Source of the DNA: Candidatus Bathyarchaeia archaeon
Lineage (GTDB): Archaea; Thermoproteota; Bathyarchaeia; TCS64
Direction: 5' to 3'
DNA: 10,825 bases
Assembly: GCA_050014495.1 (NCBI GenBank)
Contig: JBEKDF010000060.1
Location: 1-10,825, forward strand
Shown here piece after piece: positions 7,922 through 10,825 of this stretch (position 1 is its first letter; each line of letters starts with the position of its first letter). The translations under genes and the position numbers were made by a program. The notes under the pieces were generated by a model. The model was given only the letters and a program-made list of their open reading frames with translations. It searched no databases and was not told the DNA's origin.

Positions 7922-8047
7922 CTGATTCACCGGACTGTAAGCCACTGTATACATATATTAAGAGTTACTGAAGTTGGCGCGTCCAAATTTATTCGCACGC
8001 ATATTGTGACTATAGAATCTTTAAACAAACTAGTACTCAAGGTGGGA

Positions 8048-8950
8048 TTACTTGTCGAGGAGCCAAAAGAGGAGGCCCTTTTGGGCGTGCATCCTGTTCC
8101 CAGCCTGGTCGAAAACGACAGACCGATCCGAGTCCATGACTTCTCTAGTTATCTCTAAGCCTATGTGAGCGGGGAGACAGTGCATCACCATGCAGTCCAC
8201 CTTCGCCTTCTCGACTAATCCCATATTAACTTGGAAGGGCTTGAAGGCCTTAATTCTCTCCTCCCTCTCAGCCTCCATGCCGGCGCTGACCGCGACATCC
8301 GTGTAGATCACATCAGCGTCCTTCACCCCACCGACGGGGTCGTGGATGACCTTCACATCTCCACTGACCTTCTTCAGGAGGGCTGGGCTCGGACTGTACT
8401 TCGGGTCATCCGGGCAAGCGACGGTGACGTTCATACCAACGTTGGTACAGCCTATTATTGTTGAAGTGGCCGTGTTACAAGCACCATCACCGACGTACGT
8501 TACATTAAGCCCCTCAAGTTTACCCTTATGCTCCTCGATGGTTAGGAGGTCCGCGAGGTTCTGACACGGGTGATACTGCTCGGTCATTCCGTTGATTACG
8601 GGCACCGTGGCAACCCCGCCCATCCTCTCAATTACCTCCTGCTTGAGGACGCGGGCCATGATGAAGTCGACATACCTGTTCAGGTTCCTTATCCCATCCT
8701 CCATCGACTCATCCCTCGTGAACCTGCCACCCTCTATGCTGTAGAAGATGGCGTGCCCGCCGAGCTGATTCATCCCCGCCTCGAAGCTGACCCTTGTACG
8801 GAGTGAGGGGAGCTCGAAGAGCATAATCAGGGTCTTTCCATTCATGGATTCGCCGTATTCGAGGGGGTTCTCCTTTATCTTACTCGAGAGGTCGAGAATC
8901 TCCTTTAGATCTTCCTTTGATAGGTCGAAGTCGCTTAGAACATGTTTCAA
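8048..8950 (-). CDS. argF: Ornithine carbamoyltransferase-family transcarbamylase (divergent motifs)
   Basis: F..PSLRTRVSFE, HPCQ.LAD, YVGDG.CN, YTD...S.G, HCLPAH and DQA.NR.H.QK. TTG start. Confidence 0.85.
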   Translation of the reverse strand: MKHVLSDFDLSKEDLKEILDLSSKIKENPLEYGESMNGKTLIMLFELPSLRTRVSFEAGMNQLGGHAIFYSIEGGRFTRDESMEDGIRNLNRYVDFIMARVLKQEVIERMGGVATVPVINGMTEQYHPCQNLADLLTIEEHKGKLEGLNVTYVGDGACNTATSTIIGCTNVGMNVTVACPDDPKYSPSPALLKKVSGDVKVIHDPVGGVKDADVIYTDVAVSAGMEAEREERIKAFKPFQVNMGLVEKAKVDCMVMHCLPAHIGLEITREVMDSDRSVVFDQAGNRMHAQKGLLFWLLDK

Positions 8951-8970
8951 GGCGATTACCTAATGATTCA

Positions 8971-9111
8971 TTATGCTGAGGCTACTTTAATCTCCTGATA
9001 GTCGGTCTTCCCCTTTTTTAGCCATTCGTTTGAGCCCTCGAACACACAGTGTTTAAGGACTTTGCAGAGGTGTTCTCCGTAGTTCTCTAAACAGGCTTCA
9101 CATGGCTTCAT
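8971..9111 (-). CDS. 46-aa Cys-rich microprotein (CxxC-x8-C-x5-C), putative metal-binding
   Basis: Manual translation: MKPCEACLENYGEHLCKVLKHCVFEGSNEWLKKGKTDYQEIKVASA*. It ends 20 nt before the transcarbamylase start and has a TATA-like box upstream. Confidence 0.6.
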   Translation of the reverse strand: MKPCEACLENYGEHLCKVLKHCVFEGSNEWLKKGKTDYQEIKVASA

Positions 9112-9128
9112 GGTTTGTCACTTGACCT

Positions 9129-9172
9129 TTGGTGAAGCAAGTTCTACAACCTTAAATATATTGCGTCACCAA
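9129..9172 (-). promoter_or_regulatory. TATA-like box (TATATTTAAG, 9160-9151) flanked by a 12-bp inverted repeat, putative operator
   Basis: TTGGTGAAGCAA-N20-TTGCGTCACCAA, 11/12 complementary. Confidence 0.55.
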
Positions 9173-9241
9173 TGTTCTGAATATATATTTAATTGTTCTA
9201 TTTGTAACGTGCATGCGGAGTGTGCTTAACCAGTAACTTAA

Positions 9242-9253
9242 GGCGCGCGCGCC
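9242..9253. repeat. (GC)5 tract within a 12-bp palindrome
   Basis: GGCGCGCGCGCC in AT-rich DNA upstream of the GT2 gene. Confidence 0.9.
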
Positions 9254-9322
9254 GCAATAGAACAACTCTTACGTTGGAACATTGGTTAAGATAATCAAAA
9301 TGAGAATATAGGATGAGGATAA

Positions 9323-10522
9323 TTGATTTACGACTTCATTTGGGTATTTTGGATCCTAATCGGCATCATTTTCACCGTCCATGGGATATATACGGGGCTC
9401 TCATTTCGAAGCATCAACGCGAAATTAAAACGAAAGGCTTGGAAGCGCCCAAGGCGTAAAACTGTGGCTCCCATCTGCCTGATTGTTCCATTGTATAAGG
9501 AAGACAAGGAAAGTGTATCTAAGACATTCATAAGCATCGCAGAACAGGACTATCCCTCTGAGCTGGTAAAAGCTATCGTAGTTGTGGAGCAAGGTGATAA
9601 ATCGTCTTTTGATGCTGCTGAAGAGAAACTAGACATCCTAAAAGAAGCAGGGTTTAATACGGAGATAATTATAAAGCCACCTCCGCGTAGCACAAAGGCA
9701 TCGGCTATGAACTTCGCCATCACCCAAGCGAGTGAACCCTATGTCGGCATCTATGATGGGGGTGACGTCGTAAACGACAAACAGCAGTTCCGCCGAGCCG
9801 TATCCCTACTCGCCTCGGGTTACGACGGTGTCGGTATGAGAGTGATCAGGGGTGGCAGCGGCGTGGTTAGCACTTTCTCCTGGATAGACACTACTATGTG
9901 GTGTGACGTCACATTACCCGCCCTGACGTGCTTACTTAACACGCCACTCGCTAGCGGAGAGGGTTTATTCGTCAGGAAGGATGCGATCGAAGCAATTGGT
10001 GGCTTCCCTAACTCCCTGACGGAGGACTCTCAGCTAACTCTACTCTTCGCCCAGAGTGGATTGAAGATGGCACTTCTAGACAGCGATGTCTACGAGGGTG
10101 CGCCAAGGGACCTGAATAACCTGATTAGGCAAAAACTCCGCTGGCACAAAGGGATCTTCTTCTGCCTAAGACAAACCCTTTTGAGCAAGTTACCAATTAG
10201 GCGGAAGCTTGAATTAGCGATAGCGTACAGCGCCCCGATAGTCTTGGTAGCGATCGCCCTGAGTTTTTTCATGATAGTTCTAGGTGTCCTTGAACCTCAC
10301 GTTATCCCCAATTACCTCTTCTGGTGGAGCATTATCGTAACTGTGAGCACATTGACAGCACCTATCTATATGGCAAGGGCTAGATATTCGATTACATTTA
10401 AGTCAAGTCTGCTTCTGCCACTTTACTGGTTTTCAGTTGGCATTTTAACAGTTTATGCGTTCTTTTCACCAAAGATCCAATGGTATAAGACAATGAGACG
10501 TTCGGATTTTACCCCCTCATAG
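9323..10522 (+). CDS. Membrane-bound processive family 2 glycosyltransferase (CESA-like)
   Basis: N-terminal TM helix, VPLYKE, KA.AMN, YDGGD, IGGF...LTED, QKLRW (QxxRW) and C-terminal TM helices. Confidence 0.9.
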   Translation: MIYDFIWVFWILIGIIFTVHGIYTGLSFRSINAKLKRKAWKRPRRKTVAPICLIVPLYKEDKESVSKTFISIAEQDYPSELVKAIVVVEQGDKSSFDAAEEKLDILKEAGFNTEIIIKPPPRSTKASAMNFAITQASEPYVGIYDGGDVVNDKQQFRRAVSLLASGYDGVGMRVIRGGSGVVSTFSWIDTTMWCDVTLPALTCLLNTPLASGEGLFVRKDAIEAIGGFPNSLTEDSQLTLLFAQSGLKMALLDSDVYEGAPRDLNNLIRQKLRWHKGIFFCLRQTLLSKLPIRRKLELAIAYSAPIVLVAIALSFFMIVLGVLEPHVIPNYLFWWSIIVTVSTLTAPIYMARARYSITFKSSLLLPLYWFSVGILTVYAFFSPKIQWYKTMRRSDFTPS

Positions 10523-10548
10523 AATCTGTTATTCAGAAAATTTGTTTT

Positions 10549-10557
10549 CGCGCGCGC
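10549..10557. repeat. (CG)n tract, 9 nt
   Basis: CGCGCGCGC between the GT2 gene and the IS end. Confidence 0.85.
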
Positions 10558-10558
10558 T

Positions 10559-10825
10559 GGCCTGTCCCTAAATTCAAGATCAGTTAGAATAAGTTTATTT
10601 TGATAGTTGAGGGTCTCGTCCCCCAATGGTCTGCCTAACCCTAGGAGGTGAGTTCACTTAGGACAAGATGAACACGAGACCCTTGAAACACTCTTCAAAA
10701 ACATCGACTTAAGCATTGCCCAACAGCAACTCCTAGGCTGCTACCACACAACCGGCCCAGGAAGACCACCAAGAAACCCACTCGGCATCCTCAGGGCCCT
10801 CCTCATCATGCGATTGAAGGGAATC
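10559..10825 (+). mobile_element. Left end of an insertion sequence (IS5/IS1182-like DDE transposase), truncated by the window edge
   Basis: Putative terminal sequence GGCCTGTCCCTAAAT and RBS GGAGGTGA (10644-10651). Frame 10658-10825 reads LGQDEHETLETLFKNIDLS...YHTTGPGRPPRNPLGILRALLIMRLKGI, with the GRPP..P...L.AL motif of transposase N-terminal (DUF772-type) domains. Confidence 0.7.

Noticed and set aside
6619..8806. Plus-strand ORFs opposite the TIGR00300 and transcarbamylase genes
   Set aside because: Antisense to well-supported conserved genes.

Overview
Archaeal chromosomal segment, probably Bathyarchaeia (inferred from TATA-type promoters, GGTGA ribosome-binding sites, TTG starts and gene content). 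The left part holds a partial Mrp/NBP35 ATPase coupled to hypA, a DUF1893 protein, an HD hydrolase (MptB/YhaM-like), a homoserine dehydrogenase with an in-frame deletion of about 100 aa, and a DapA-family aldolase fused to a formaldehyde-activating enzyme (Fae) domain. Next come tRNA-Ser(CGA), a 1.25-kb integrated islet bounded by a degenerate copy of the tRNA 3' end, and an AT-rich region of gene remnants. The right part holds a minus-strand cluster (46-aa Cys4 microprotein, divergent ornithine carbamoyltransferase, TIGR00300/ArcE ornithine cyclodeaminase with an out-of-frame start), a GT2 glycosyltransferase and the left end of an IS. The two main signals are the aldolase-Fae fusion, which lacks DHDPS-specific residues and may be a natural pyruvate/formaldehyde aldolase linked to homoserine and H4MPT, and six (CG)n tracts of 8-11 nt located at apparent deletion or insertion junctions.
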